NCBI GenBank assembly: GCA_016188355.1
Contig: JACPHY010000016.1
Location: 66,345-130,344 of the forward strand
Length of the DNA stretch: 64,000 bases
Source: Candidatus Uhrbacteria bacterium
GTDB lineage: Bacteria; Patescibacteriota; Patescibacteriia; JACPHY01
Reading direction: 5' to 3'
Shown: positions 63,722 through 64,000 of the stretch, in pieces
Layout: each line of letters starts with the position of its first letter
Position numbering within the stretch: position 1 is the first letter of the stretch
Notes under the pieces: model-generated
The model's database searches: none
The model's input: only the letters and a program-made list of their open reading frames with translations
Told to the model about the DNA's origin: nothing
Translations under genes and position numbers: made by a program

Positions 63722-64000
63722 ATGTCGCTTCTCGATATCGCACTACTCACCATTTTGGGAGGATTCGTGCTCTATGGATTCCTCCTTGGATTCATTCACG
63801 CGCTCGGCGTGGTTGTAGGTATTGTCATCGGCGCATATGTCGCGGGGCACCTGTTTAATCCCATCGCGTTGTATATTGCCACCTCCCTCGGATGGAGCTT
63901 GAACGTGCTGCGCGTGATCGTATTTTTGCTCCTCTTCGGCATCGTGAATCGTCTCGTCGGATTTGGTTTTTCGTTGGTGCACAAGTTGTTTCAGATGCTT
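63722..64000 (+). CDS. cvpA: CvpA-family membrane protein (3' partial, runs off window)
   Basis: MSLLDIALLTILGGFVLYGFLLGFIHALGVVVGIVIGAYVAGHLF… No stop before the window end. Confidence 0.6.
   Translation, partial: MSLLDIALLTILGGFVLYGFLLGFIHALGVVVGIVIGAYVAGHLFNPIALYIATSLGWSLNVLRVIVFLLLFGIVNRLVGFGFSLVHKLFQML

Noticed and set aside
1-64000. Mobile elements, prophage or integrase genes
   Set aside because: No transposase, integrase, recombinase, phage structural or plasmid replication gene was recognised. The AT-rich island at 56270 carries no such gene.

Overview
This is a GC-rich (visibly above 55% G+C), densely coding bacterial chromosomal segment with about 70 protein genes, almost all housekeeping. 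The lineage cannot be fixed from sequence alone. A short TsaB, rplJ-rplL not followed by rpoBC, DUF4012, a wHTH family gene and many small membrane proteins would fit an uncultivated high-GC lineage such as Patescibacteria/Parcubacteria, but that is a guess.

Recognisable genes, in order:
- 1-16 kb: ManC (5' partial), MltG/YceG, a GNAT acetyltransferase, UvrD/PcrA, MutY, an inositol-monophosphatase (IMPase)-family gene / malic enzyme / IMPase-family paralogue block, XseA-XseB followed by a DEDD-exonuclease-WYL fusion, and a HAD hydrolase.
- 16-30 kb: rplJ-rplL with a structured leader, two large hypothetical membrane proteins, a truncated TsaB-like gene, and an envelope block (GT2 glycosyltransferase, DUF4012, MreB, NUDIX, GT4) ending in a TrmB-type regulator.
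- 31-46 kb: a tmRNA-like element, HolB, a BNR lipoprotein, RRF, GlyRS, a VIT-family transporter, an ABC exporter, ArsR, an AlkD-like repair protein, SHMT (glyA), MurC, a rhomboid protease, MurB and a methyltransferase.
- 46.9-52.1 kb: a long co-directional redox block (Rrf2 regulator, IscS, NifU/IscU, an Nfu-type NifU C-terminal protein, ferredoxin, Rieske protein, SOD, peroxiredoxin, TRASH-domain protein, glutaredoxin).
- 52-64 kb: Nth, a CBS-domain protein, RsmI, GreA, MetRS, a three-gene hypothetical operon, a second TrmB-type regulator and CvpA (3' partial).

No transposase, integrase, CRISPR array or rRNA gene was seen.

Most unusual observations:
- a roughly 110-nt element with bona fide tmRNA acceptor, T-arm and D-loop features and its own sigma70 promoter but no room for a tag ORF, preceded by about 550 bp of unexplained non-coding DNA;
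- a DEDDy exonuclease fused to a WYL domain immediately after xseAB;
- an Fe-S assembly operon fused with oxidative-stress genes;
- a near-identical 15-17 bp palindrome (TATTCGTACGAATAA) upstream of both the arsR-family gene and metG;
- TTGTA-N11-TACAA palindromes at two promoter regions;
- a short AT-rich island with iterated ACATAAA(A)T motifs;
- a tandem repeat replacing the usual rpoB junction after rplL.

Many long antisense ORFs in the six-frame track are GC-driven artefacts.
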